Shown piece after piece: positions 10,978 to 19,092 of a stretch of DNA of 64,000 bases. Made by a program: the position numbers and the translations under genes. The notes under the pieces are model-generated. The model did no database searches. It was not told the DNA's origin and worked only from the letters and a program-made list of their open reading frames with translations. Source of the DNA: an uncultured Methylibium sp. (GTDB taxonomy: Bacteria; Pseudomonadota; Gammaproteobacteria; Burkholderiales; Burkholderiaceae_C); the NCBI GenBank assembly GCA_964622685.1, contig CAZUUU010000002.1:1034-65033 (forward strand). The letters run 5' to 3'. Position 1 is the first letter of the stretch. Every line of letters begins with the position of its first letter.

Positions 10978-12344
10978 GTCTGCTGGCCGACCCGCGCCGC
11001 TCCATCGTCGTCCGGCTCACGCTGACGCTGGCGGCGATCGCGGTCGTGGTGTTCGGCGCGGCCGGCACGGCGCTGTACTGGACGCTCGAGCGCGAGCTGA
11101 TGCGCGTCGAGTTCGACGAGGTGCAGGGCAAGCTCGAGCAGGTGCAGCAGATGCTGGCCGACAGCCCCACCGGCGTCGACGACGCCTTCCGCGCGCGGCT
11201 CGAAGGCGTGCTGGCCGGCCACGGCAACCTGCTGGTCGCCATCCGCTCGCGCGAGGGCGGGCTGCTGTTCAGCAACTCCGACGACCCGCTGCTGGCCGTC
11301 AATGCGGCCACGCCGTCGATGTTCACCCTGCAGAACGGCAGCGCTACCGCCGGCTGCAAGGTCGAGATCCGCGACGCCGGCCCGGCGCAGGGCGCGCAGG
11401 TCACCGTGGCGCTGGGCAGCAGCATGCGCGGCAGCGTGCTGCGCATGTACCGCAGCACCATCGCCTGGATCTGCGCGGCCGGCTTCGCCGCCACGCTGCT
11501 GCTGGCGGCATGGGCCACGCGACGGGGCTTCGGGCCGGTGCGCGCGCTGGCGGCGCAGGCCGCGCGCATCACACCCGAATCGCTGTCGCTGCGCCTGCCC
11601 GAGGCCGGCGAGGACCAGGAACTGCAGGCCCTGGCCGGCTCCTTCAACCTGGCGCTCGACCGGCTGCAGCAGGCCTACACGCGGCTGGAAGGCTTCAACG
11701 CCGACGTGGCCCACGAGCTGCGCACGCCGCTGGCCACGCTGATCAGCGGCATCGAGGTCACGCTGGCGCACGAGCGGCCGAAGGACGAGCTGCTGCAACT
11801 GCACGCCTCCAACCTGGAAGTGCTGGAACGCCTGCGCGCCATCGTCAACGACATGCTCTTCCTGGCCCGCGCCGACAACGGCGAGCAGGCCGCCGACCGC
11901 CAGGAGGTGTCGCTCGCCGACGAAGCCGGCAAGGTGGTGGAGTTCTACGACGGCCTGATCCAGCAGGCCGGCGCGCGCGTGGTGCTGCGCGGCGATGCGC
12001 GCGTGCGCTGCAACCCGGGCCTGGTGCGGCGCGCCGTGTCCAACCTGCTGTCGAACGCGCTCAAGTATTCGGGCGACGCCGCGGCGCAGCCCATCGCCAT
12101 CCGCATCGCCGACGGGCGGGCCGACGCCTCGCTCGTCGTCACCAACCACGGCGCCACGATCCCGGCCGAGACGCTGCCTCGGCTCTTCGACCGCTTCTAC
12201 CGCGGCGAGGCCGCGCGCGGCCGCAGCGAAAGCCACGGCCTGGGCCTGGCCATCGTGCGCGCCGTCGCCACCATGCACGGCGGCAGCGCCAGCGCCTGGT
12301 CGCAGGACGGCGTCACCGAGGTGGGGTTCCGCCTCGCCAAGTGA
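10974..12344 (+). CDS. Heavy-metal sensor histidine kinase (CusS/CzcS-like)
   Basis: Two TMs, [17 protein letters not shown] (H-box), [25 protein letters not shown]; GTGA overlap with the regulator. Confidence 0.9.
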   Translation: MSLLADPRRSIVVRLTLTLAAIAVVVFGAAGTALYWTLERELMRVEFDEVQGKLEQVQQMLADSPTGVDDAFRARLEGVLAGHGNLLVAIRSREGGLLFSNSDDPLLAVNAATPSMFTLQNGSATAGCKVEIRDAGPAQGAQVTVALGSSMRGSVLRMYRSTIAWICAAGFAATLLLAAWATRRGFGPVRALAAQAARITPESLSLRLPEAGEDQELQALAGSFNLALDRLQQAYTRLEGFNADVAHELRTPLATLISGIEVTLAHERPKDELLQLHASNLEVLERLRAIVNDMLFLARADNGEQAADRQEVSLADEAGKVVEFYDGLIQQAGARVVLRGDARVRCNPGLVRRAVSNLLSNALKYSGDAAAQPIAIRIADGRADASLVVTNHGATIPAETLPRLFDRFYRGEAARGRSESHGLGLAIVRAVATMHGGSASAWSQDGVTEVGFRLAK

Positions 12345-12350
12345 CCCGGC

Positions 12351-12519
12351 CCCGTTCGGGCTGAGCCTGCCCTTCGACAAGCTCAGGGCGATCGGGGTCA
12401 ACCATTCGGGCTGAGCCAACCCCGTTCGGGCTGAGCCTGCCCTTCGACAAGCTCAGGGCGATCGGGGATCAACCGTTCGGGCTGAGCCAACCCCGTTCGG
12501 GCTGAGCCTGTCGAAGCCC
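12351..12519 (+). repeat. REP/BIME-like cluster: two ~70-bp tandem units plus a terminal partial unit
   Basis: CCCGTTCGGGCTGAGCCTGCCCTTCGACAAGCTCAGGGCGATCGGGG...TTCGGGCTGAGCCAAC at 12351 and 12421, then CCCGTTCGGGCTGAGCCTGTCGAAGCCC; internally inverted (CTGAGC/GCTCAG, TTCGAC/GTCGAA). Confidence 0.85.
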
Positions 12520-12607
12520 CCGCCCACAGCCGCCCTGCTAGAGTGACCCGCACCCGGGATCAGGTGCCGCTCGAGCACCCCGCGCCACGGGCCCGCAGGA
12601 GACCAGC

Positions 12608-14653
12608 ATGCCCATGCAACCGCCGCAGCAGCGGCAACAGCAGCGCGAGCACATCGCGACCGTCATGCAGGTGGCCGAGGCCGGCCTGGCCGCGCAGGCC
12701 GCGCGGGCGCACGACGAGGTCATCCGCCGCTCCTGGGCGCGCTGCGTGCACGAGCACCGCCTCGACCCCACGCGCATGCAGGAGGCCGTGATCCTGCCCA
12801 GCCACCAGCTGCGCGAGCACCAGGACCGCATCGACGACTTCCTGCACATCGCCCGCCACGGGCTGGAGACGCTGTACCAGCAGGTGGCCGGCCTGGGCTA
12901 CTGCGTGCTGCTGACCGACGCGCGCGGCGTCACCGTCGACTTCATCGGCGACCTGCAGTTGGACAGCAGCCTGCGCAAGGCCGGCCTCTACCTGGGCGCC
13001 GACTGGAGCGAGCAGCACGCCGGCACCTGCGGCGTGGGCACCTGCATCAGCACCGGCGAATCGCTGACCGTGCACCTGGACGACCACTTCGACGCCACCC
13101 ACATCCCGCTGACCTGCACCACCGCGCCGGTCTACGACGCGCTGGGCCAGCTCAACGCCGTGCTCGACATCAGCCAGCTCAGCAGCGCCCAGCCCAAGGC
13201 CAGCCAGCACCTGGCGCTGCAACTGGTGCGCACCTACGCCCAGCACATCGAGAACGCCAGCTTCCTGCACACCCACCGCCACGCCTGGATCCTGCGGCTG
13301 AGCGCGGCGCCCGCCTTCCTGGACGTGAACCCCGACTACCTGCTGGCGCTGGACGATGCCGGCCGCGTGATCGGCCACAACCGCCGCGCGCAGCTGCTGC
13401 TGGAGGCGCAGTGGAAGCACATCGGCGTCGGCTCCGTCCTCGGCCTGCCCTTCGAGCGCCTGTTCAACGCCACGCTGGCCGACCTGGGCCGCTACACGCT
13501 GACGCGCGCCAGCGACCAGCGCGCCATCACCCTGGCCAGCAGCGGCCGCGTGCTCTTCATGCTGGCCAGCCCGCCGCCGCGGCGCGACAACGCATCGTCG
13601 TCATTCACCGCGGCGCCGCAGCAGGGCCCGGCCCACGGCAGCAACAGCAACAGCAGCGAACGCAAGATCCCCAAGCCGCTGACGGCACTGTCGGGCGGCG
13701 ACCCGGCGCTGGACCGGCAGATCGAGCGCGCGGCCAAGCTCGTCAACAGTCCCGTCAGCGTGCTGCTGACCGGCGAGACGGGCACCGGCAAGGAATACTT
13801 CGCCAAGGCCCTGCACCAGGCCAGCGAGCGCCGCGGGCGGCCCTTCGTGGCCGTCAACTGCGCGGCCATCCCGGAGACGCTGATCGAGAGCGAGCTCTTC
13901 GGCCACCTGCCCGGCAGCTTCTCCGGGGCCGGGCCCAAGGCCAAGAAGGGCCTGATCCAGGAGGCCGACGGCGGCACCCTCTTCCTCGACGAAATCGGCG
14001 ACATGCCGCGCGACCTGCAGGCCCGCCTGCTGCGCGTGCTGGCCGAGCGCGAGGTGCTGCCGATCGGCGCGACCAAACCCACGCCCGTGAACATCCGCGT
14101 CATCGCCGCGACGCACTGCGACCTGGAGCAACTGGTGCGCGAGCGGCGCTTTCGCGACGACCTGTACTACCGCCTCAACGGCGCTCACCTCGTGCTGCCG
14201 CCGCTGCGCGAGCGGCGGGACCTGGCGTGGCTGATACAGCGGATGCTGGGCGAGTGCGCCAAGGCGGCGGGCCGGAGCGAGGCGCCGCGGCTGTCGAGCG
14301 AGGTGAGCGAGCGGCTGCATGCGCATGCGTGGCCGGGGAACCTGAGGGAGCTGCGGAATGTGATCGAGTTTGCGTGTGCGGTTTGCTGCAATGACAGCAT
14401 CGGCCTCGGCGATCTGCCCGACGGGCTGACGGCAACGGAGCCGGCCGTACCGCCGGCCGTCGCACCGACCAAGCCCGCCAATGCCAACACTGGCGCCGAC
14501 CCCGCGGCACGCCTGCTCGAGGCCTTGCGGGCCAGCCGCGGCAACGTCAGCGCCGCGGCGCGCTCACTCGGCATCTCGCGCATGACGATGTACCGCCACA
14601 TGAGGCAGGCGGGCATCGCAACGCCACCGCGCTGGGACGGCCAGCCGCACTGA
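12608..14653 (+). CDS. GAF-domain sigma54-dependent activator (AcoR-like, Fis-type HTH)
   Basis: IRRSWARC, WSEQHAGTCGVGT (GAF), GETGTGKE, ESELFGH, GSFSGA (GAFTGA variant), LFLDEIGD, FRDDLYYRL, WPGNLREL, GNVSAAARSLGISRMTMYR. Confidence 0.92.
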   Translation: MPMQPPQQRQQQREHIATVMQVAEAGLAAQAARAHDEVIRRSWARCVHEHRLDPTRMQEAVILPSHQLREHQDRIDDFLHIARHGLETLYQQVAGLGYCVLLTDARGVTVDFIGDLQLDSSLRKAGLYLGADWSEQHAGTCGVGTCISTGESLTVHLDDHFDATHIPLTCTTAPVYDALGQLNAVLDISQLSSAQPKASQHLALQLVRTYAQHIENASFLHTHRHAWILRLSAAPAFLDVNPDYLLALDDAGRVIGHNRRAQLLLEAQWKHIGVGSVLGLPFERLFNATLADLGRYTLTRASDQRAITLASSGRVLFMLASPPPRRDNASSSFTAAPQQGPAHGSNSNSSERKIPKPLTALSGGDPALDRQIERAAKLVNSPVSVLLTGETGTGKEYFAKALHQASERRGRPFVAVNCAAIPETLIESELFGHLPGSFSGAGPKAKKGLIQEADGGTLFLDEIGDMPRDLQARLLRVLAEREVLPIGATKPTPVNIRVIAATHCDLEQLVRERRFRDDLYYRLNGAHLVLPPLRERRDLAWLIQRMLGECAKAAGRSEAPRLSSEVSERLHAHAWPGNLRELRNVIEFACAVCCNDSIGLGDLPDGLTATEPAVPPAVAPTKPANANTGADPAARLLEALRASRGNVSAAARSLGISRMTMYRHMRQAGIATPPRWDGQPH

Positions 14654-14733
14654 CACCGGTGCGGACTGCCAGCTTCCGGCGCGTCCGCGTGAGCGCGATC
14701 GAGGGGTGGCCGGGCGCCGAGAGCCGCGCAGCT

Positions 14734-15519
14734 TCAGTCGTTGAACGAATGCCAGAGCGCTGTGTCGATGAACCACGGCGGCAGCGTCGCCGCCTCGATC
14801 TCCATCTCGTGGCCGTCGACGACCTGGACCAACAGCTTGTGCCGCGACCCCGAGTTGTCGAAGACGTAGGCACGGTGGGCCACGCCGCAGGCTTCGGTCA
14901 TCAGGCCGATCGACCGCACGTAGCGCTCACGGACCTTCCTGGCGGGTACGGGATGCCCTCCTTGCCGGACACGGCGCCGCACCCGGTCCACGTTGATCGC
15001 TGGGTCATCGGTAGCCACGAAGTAGAGGTAGACGCGGTAACCCCGTTGCCGCGCCTCCTTCATGAAGTCCACCTTGTCGCGCGAGGACATCACGGTCTCG
15101 AAGGTGAAGGTTCGTCCTTCGTCGAGCAACTCTCGCCGTATGGCGTCGGCCAGCACCGAAGCGAGATAGGAGTCGTAGGGCGCCGGCACGCGCAGCTGCA
15201 GTGACGCGTCGATCGTCATCCGGCCCAGCAGCGAATGCAGGCCGATCGACTTCGCGAAGATCGAACTCCGGATGTGCCCTTCCATCCGGGCGAGCACATC
15301 CGCGGGCTCGCCGATGATCTGCAGGCTGGCCAGATCGAGCGCGCCGTCGTTGTCGCGCAGGGCTCGCTCGATCTCGTCGGCGTTCACGAAGATGCCGATC
15401 CACTCGGGCTTGAGTTCGTTCTTGATGGTGCTCTTGCCCGATCCGTTGGGACCGGCCAGAACCCTCAGCCGCGGCTGGGCGGCCTTGCTGCCGTCAGACC
15501 GCGGCTTCTTGCTTGGCAC
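14734..15519 (-). CDS. Zeta-toxin-like P-loop kinase
   Basis: LAGPNGSGKST Walker A, FVNADEI, FTFETV, RVRRRVRQGGHPVP, YVFDNS; GTG start overlaps the upstream small gene. Confidence 0.8.
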   Translation of the reverse strand: MPSKKPRSDGSKAAQPRLRVLAGPNGSGKSTIKNELKPEWIGIFVNADEIERALRDNDGALDLASLQIIGEPADVLARMEGHIRSSIFAKSIGLHSLLGRMTIDASLQLRVPAPYDSYLASVLADAIRRELLDEGRTFTFETVMSSRDKVDFMKEARQRGYRVYLYFVATDDPAINVDRVRRRVRQGGHPVPARKVRERYVRSIGLMTEACGVAHRAYVFDNSGSRHKLLVQVVDGHEMEIEAATLPPWFIDTALWHSFND

Positions 15520-15757
15520 GCTTGAGTACGAGCCCGACCTTGACGCGCTTGCCCGGCTTCAGCGCCTTGATGACGGTCGACGTCCCGTCGGCCTTGCGCT
15601 CGACCACGGCGCCTGCACTCGTCTTGACGACCACGGCGCCGGTCATCGCCAAGGCCTGCTTGTAGGCAGCATGGCCCGACTTGGCCGCCAGTCCGGGAAT
15701 GCGCCGTTCCGCGGCCAGCATCGCTGCTTCGGTGAGTTCGGGGCTGCGGCGTGGCAT
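15494..15757 (-). CDS. Small basic protein, putative antitoxin of the zeta-like toxin
   Basis: 87-aa ORF overlapping the toxin start; the antitoxin role is inferred from position only. Confidence 0.55.
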   Translation of the reverse strand: MPRRSPELTEAAMLAAERRIPGLAAKSGHAAYKQALAMTGAVVVKTSAGAVVERKADGTSTVIKALKPGKRVKVGLVLKRAKQEAAV

Positions 15758-15933
15758 GTCAGGACTTGCTTGTGGAACAAATGCAGTCTAGCAGGAGCAG
15801 AGAGGCGCCAGGCGCACGCCGCCGACGGCCGAAGGGGCGTTCGGCACGCATCACCTGCCTGGGCCGGCGGGGCTTGCTTGGCGGCTTGCGTCGCAATGGG
15901 GTCGCCCAAAAGCGCATCTCTTCGGTAGCCCCC

Positions 15934-16647
15934 TCATCGACAGCCTCCCGCATGTGGAGCGGCGCTCATGCCACTACCTCCAGCCCACGCTTCTGCACCA
16001 ATCGCAAAAGCTTGAGCGCTGTCCCCGTCGGCTTCTTCTGCCCGATCTCCCACTTCTGCACCGTCGACAGACTGGTGTTCAGCAGCTTGGCAAAAACCGC
16101 TTGACTGACCCGCGACGCCTCGCGAATCTGCTTGATCTGCTCCGGCTCCAGCGGCTCCACCGGCGGCAGGCACAGGCGGTCGAACTCGCGCAGCGTGACC
16201 TGATCCATCACGCCCGCCTTGTGCAGCCCCTTGGCCGTGGTGTGCACGGCCTCGAGGATCGGTGATTTCGTCTTGCGCATCGCAATCCACCTCCATCAGT
16301 TCATCGGCACGCTGTGCCTCGGCCAGCGCTGTCGCCGTCAGCGACAGCAGGTGTGCGGCCAGCTTCTTCAAGGCTTCCTCTTCGTCCTTGTCGATGTTGC
16401 TGCGCTCGTTCCTCGGGAAGCCGTAGACGAAGAACCAGCGACTACCCTGGTTGGTGGCGACCAGGGTCCGGAAGCCGCCGCTCTTGCCCTGCCCCGGCCG
16501 CGCGATCCGCTTCTTGAACAGGCCGCCGCCGAGATCGGCGTCGTACAGGCCCTCGGTCATCTCGCGCACCGCGGCGCACAAGCCCGGTGTCGTCAGACCC
16601 TGCTTGCGCGCCCAACGGTCGAACCATCGGGTCTTGTAGATCGCCAT
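15934..16647 (-). CDS. RelE/HigB-family toxin (DUF1044-like) whose frame runs on through the antitoxin gene
   Basis: MAIYKTRWFDRWARK, DADLGGGLFKKRIARPGQGKSGGFRT, FFVYGFPRNERSNI; toxin-like sequence ends near 16270 but the first in-frame stop is at 15934. Confidence 0.8.
   Translation of the reverse strand: MAIYKTRWFDRWARKQGLTTPGLCAAVREMTEGLYDADLGGGLFKKRIARPGQGKSGGFRTLVATNQGSRWFFVYGFPRNERSNIDKDEEEALKKLAAHLLSLTATALAEAQRADELMEVDCDAQDEITDPRGRAHHGQGAAQGGRDGSGHAARVRPPVPAAGGAAGAGADQADSRGVAGQSSGFCQAAEHQSVDGAEVGDRAEEADGDSAQAFAIGAEAWAGGSGMSAAPHAGGCR
15966..16280 (-). CDS. XRE-family HTH antitoxin (HigA-like)
   Basis: ILEAVHTTAKGL, TLREFD, IKQIREASRVSQAVFAKLLNTSLSTVQKWEIGQKKPTGTALKLL. Confidence 0.9.
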   Translation of the reverse strand: MRKTKSPILEAVHTTAKGLHKAGVMDQVTLREFDRLCLPPVEPLEPEQIKQIREASRVSQAVFAKLLNTSLSTVQKWEIGQKKPTGTALKLLRLVQKRGLEVVA

Positions 16648-16670
16648 GCCCGGCCTCTTCGTTGCTGCAA

Positions 16671-16689
16671 TATAGCACTCAGTGCTATA
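16671..16689. promoter_or_regulatory. Palindromic operator upstream of the toxin-antitoxin pair
   Basis: Perfect inverted repeat TATAGCACT-C-AGTGCTATA just upstream of the toxin ATG (16647). Confidence 0.75.
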
Positions 16690-16710
16690 GAACGAAAGGC
16701 CGTAGACGCC

Positions 16711-16731
16711 TGTCGCAACGCCGCTGCGACA
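16711..16731. promoter_or_regulatory. Candidate upstream activator sequence for the AcoR-like enhancer-binding protein
   Basis: TGTCGCA-N7-TGCGACA perfect inverted repeat plus a TGTGACA half-site at 16742, about 120-140 bp upstream of a -24/-12 promoter. Confidence 0.6.
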
Positions 16732-16849
16732 CCTGTATCGCTGTGACACCCGTCCGCAGCGCTGCCCCATCGCGACCTGATCGCGCAAGCCCCCTCGGCC
16801 CTCCGGGACACACCAGGCGAGCGCTGTCTATCGCAGCACATTTCCGCTC

Positions 16850-16864
16850 AGGCACAGCCTTTGC
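16850..16864 (+). promoter_or_regulatory. Sigma54 -24/-12 promoter of the monooxygenase gene
   Basis: AGGCAC-AGCCT-TTGC matches TGGCAC-N5-TTGC with exact GG-N10-GC spacing. Confidence 0.75.
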
Positions 16865-16936
16865 GCTTGAGCCTCCACCGGCCCTGCAGAGGACCCGGAT
16901 GTGTATCACCCAAACACAAGCACGGAGACAAGCAAG

Positions 16937-18751
16937 ATGACCGAACTCAGCAACCCCCACACCCTGTCCGTGAAGAGCTGGCTCGCCAGCCTGGGCGCGG
17001 CGCTGGAGAAGGGCGACATCGCCGGCGCGCTGGCGCTGTTCGACGACGACTGCTACTGGCGCGACCTGGTCAGCTTCACCTGGAACCTCAAGACGATGGA
17101 GGGCAAGGCGCAGATCGAGGCGATGCTGAAGGCCACGCTCGCCTCCACCAAGCCTAGCGCTTGGCAGATCGACGGCGAAGGCGAGGACGGCGGCGGCGTC
17201 AGCCAGGCCTGGTTCACCTTCGAGACCGCCGTCGCGCGCGGCCGCGGCCTGGTGCGGCTGAAGGGCGACAAGTGCTGGACGCTGCTGACCACGATGGTGG
17301 AGCTGAAGGGCCACGAGGAGCCCAAGGGCGAGGCCCGGCCCCGGGGCGTGAAGCACGGCGTCACGGTCGACCGCCAGTCCTGGCTGGAGGCGCGGCAACA
17401 GGAGGCCGCCGAACTCGGCTACCGGACCCAGCCCGAGGTGGTGATCATCGGCGGCGGCCAGGGTGGCATCGCGCTCGGTGCGCGGCTGCGGCGGCTGGGC
17501 GTCAGCGCCATCATCGTGGAGAAGAACGACAAGCCCGGCGACTCCTGGCGCAAGCGCTACAAGAGCCTGTGCCTGCACGACCCGGTCTGGTACGACCACC
17601 TGCCCTACCTGCCCTTCCCCGACCACTGGCCCGTCTTCGCGCCCAAGGACAAGATCGGCGACTGGCTGGAGATGTACACCAAGGTGATGGAGCTGAACTA
17701 CTGGAACTCCACCACCTGCAAGAGCGCCAGGTTCGACGAAGCCAAGGGCGAGTGGACGGTGGAGGTGGTGCGGCGCGTGGACGATGAACTGAAGCCCGTG
17801 ACGCTGCGGCCGAAGCAGCTGGTGCTGGCCACCGGCATGTCGGCCGTGCCCAACATTCCCAGGTTCCCAGGGGCGGATTCCTTCCAGGGCGAGCAGCACC
17901 ACTCCAGCCAGCACCCGGGGCCGGATGCGTACAAGGGCAAGAAGGTCGTCGTCATCGGCTCCAACAACTCGGCCCACGACATCTGCGCCGCGCTGTGGGA
18001 AAAGGGCGCCGACGTCACGATGATCCAGCGCACCTCGACGCACATCGCCAGGAGCGACTCGCTGATGGAGCTGGCGCTCGGCGGGCTGTACAGCGAGCAG
18101 GCGGTGGCCAACGGCATCGACCACCACAAGGCCGACCTGATCTTCGCGTCGGTGCCGTACAAGATCATGCACAGCTTCCACATCCCCGTGTACGAGGAGA
18201 TGAAGAAGCGCGATGCCGACCTGTACGAGCGGCTCGCCAAGCGCGGCTTCATGCTGGACTTCGGCGACGACGGCTCGGGCCTGTTCATGAAGTACCTGCG
18301 CCGCGGCTCGGGCTACTACATCGACGTGGGCGCTTCCGAGCTGGTGGCCGACGGCAAGATCAAGCTCAAGAGCGGCGTGGGGGTCGAGAAGATCAACGCC
18401 AGGTCCATCACCTTCACCGACGGCACGGAGCTGCCGGCCGACCTGATCGTCTACGCCACCGGCTATGGCTCGATGAACGGCTGGGCCGCGCAGCTCATCT
18501 CGCAGGAGGTGGCCGACAAGGTCGGCAAGTGCTGGGGCCTGGGCTCGGGCACGACCAAGGACCCCGGGCCCTGGGAGGGCGAGCTGCGCAACATGTGGAA
18601 GCCGACGCAGCAGAAGAACCTGTGGTTCCACGGCGGCAACCTGCACCAGTCGCGCCACTACTCGCAGTTCCTGTCGCTGCAGCTCAAGGCGCGCAGCGTC
18701 GGCATCCCGACGCCGGTGTACGGGCTGCCGCAGGTGCATCACCTGCGCTGA
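16937..18751 (+). CDS. Flavin-containing monooxygenase with N-terminal NTF2/SnoaL-like domain (type II FMO-like)
   Basis: YWRDLVSFTWN, IIGGGQGG (FAD), WRKRYKSLCLHDPVWYDHLPY, FQGEQHHSSQH (FMO motif), VIGSNNSAHD, YATGY; GGAG RBS before ATG 16937. Confidence 0.9.
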   Translation: MTELSNPHTLSVKSWLASLGAALEKGDIAGALALFDDDCYWRDLVSFTWNLKTMEGKAQIEAMLKATLASTKPSAWQIDGEGEDGGGVSQAWFTFETAVARGRGLVRLKGDKCWTLLTTMVELKGHEEPKGEARPRGVKHGVTVDRQSWLEARQQEAAELGYRTQPEVVIIGGGQGGIALGARLRRLGVSAIIVEKNDKPGDSWRKRYKSLCLHDPVWYDHLPYLPFPDHWPVFAPKDKIGDWLEMYTKVMELNYWNSTTCKSARFDEAKGEWTVEVVRRVDDELKPVTLRPKQLVLATGMSAVPNIPRFPGADSFQGEQHHSSQHPGPDAYKGKKVVVIGSNNSAHDICAALWEKGADVTMIQRTSTHIARSDSLMELALGGLYSEQAVANGIDHHKADLIFASVPYKIMHSFHIPVYEEMKKRDADLYERLAKRGFMLDFGDDGSGLFMKYLRRGSGYYIDVGASELVADGKIKLKSGVGVEKINARSITFTDGTELPADLIVYATGYGSMNGWAAQLISQEVADKVGKCWGLGSGTTKDPGPWEGELRNMWKPTQQKNLWFHGGNLHQSRHYSQFLSLQLKARSVGIPTPVYGLPQVHHLR

Positions 18752-18772
18752 CACGGCCACGGCGGCGAGACC

Positions 18773-18808
18773 GCATGCCGGAATCTCCCCAGGGGGATTT
18801 CGGGATGC
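18773..18808. terminator. Hairpin downstream of the monooxygenase gene
   Basis: GCAT-G-CCGGAATCTCCCC-A-GGGGGATTTCGG-G-ATGC imperfect inverted repeat; no clear T tract. Confidence 0.4.
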
Positions 18809-18845
18809 CTTGACGCACCGCAGCGTCTGCCGCAGTCTCGGCCTC

Positions 18846-19076
18846 ATGGACCGCCACCTGCTGACCCCGCTGCTGGACCTGCCCGAGACGCACCAGAAGA
18901 TCCTGGGCGACTACGACGGCGCCTACTCGCTGGGCATTGGCGACGACGGCGCCTTCGTGCTGGATGTCGAGGGCCACGACCTGCAGCGCTTTCCGCAGTC
19001 GGTGACCATCGGCTTCGAGACCATCCCCGTCGTCGTGCGCGGCGGCTTCATCGCGCCCGAGGCCCGGTCGGTCTAG
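18846..19076 (+). CDS. Small hypothetical protein
   Basis: 76-aa ORF with host-like codon usage (ILGDYDGAYSLGIG...IPVVVRGGF) filling the gap between convergent genes. Confidence 0.55.
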   Translation: MDRHLLTPLLDLPETHQKILGDYDGAYSLGIGDDGAFVLDVEGHDLQRFPQSVTIGFETIPVVVRGGFIAPEARSV

Positions 19077-19092
19077 GCGCGCGACGCCAGGG

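Noticed and set aside
12351-12519. Possible CRISPR array
   Set aside because: The sequences between repeats are themselves repeated, the units are REP-like, and no cas genes are in the window.
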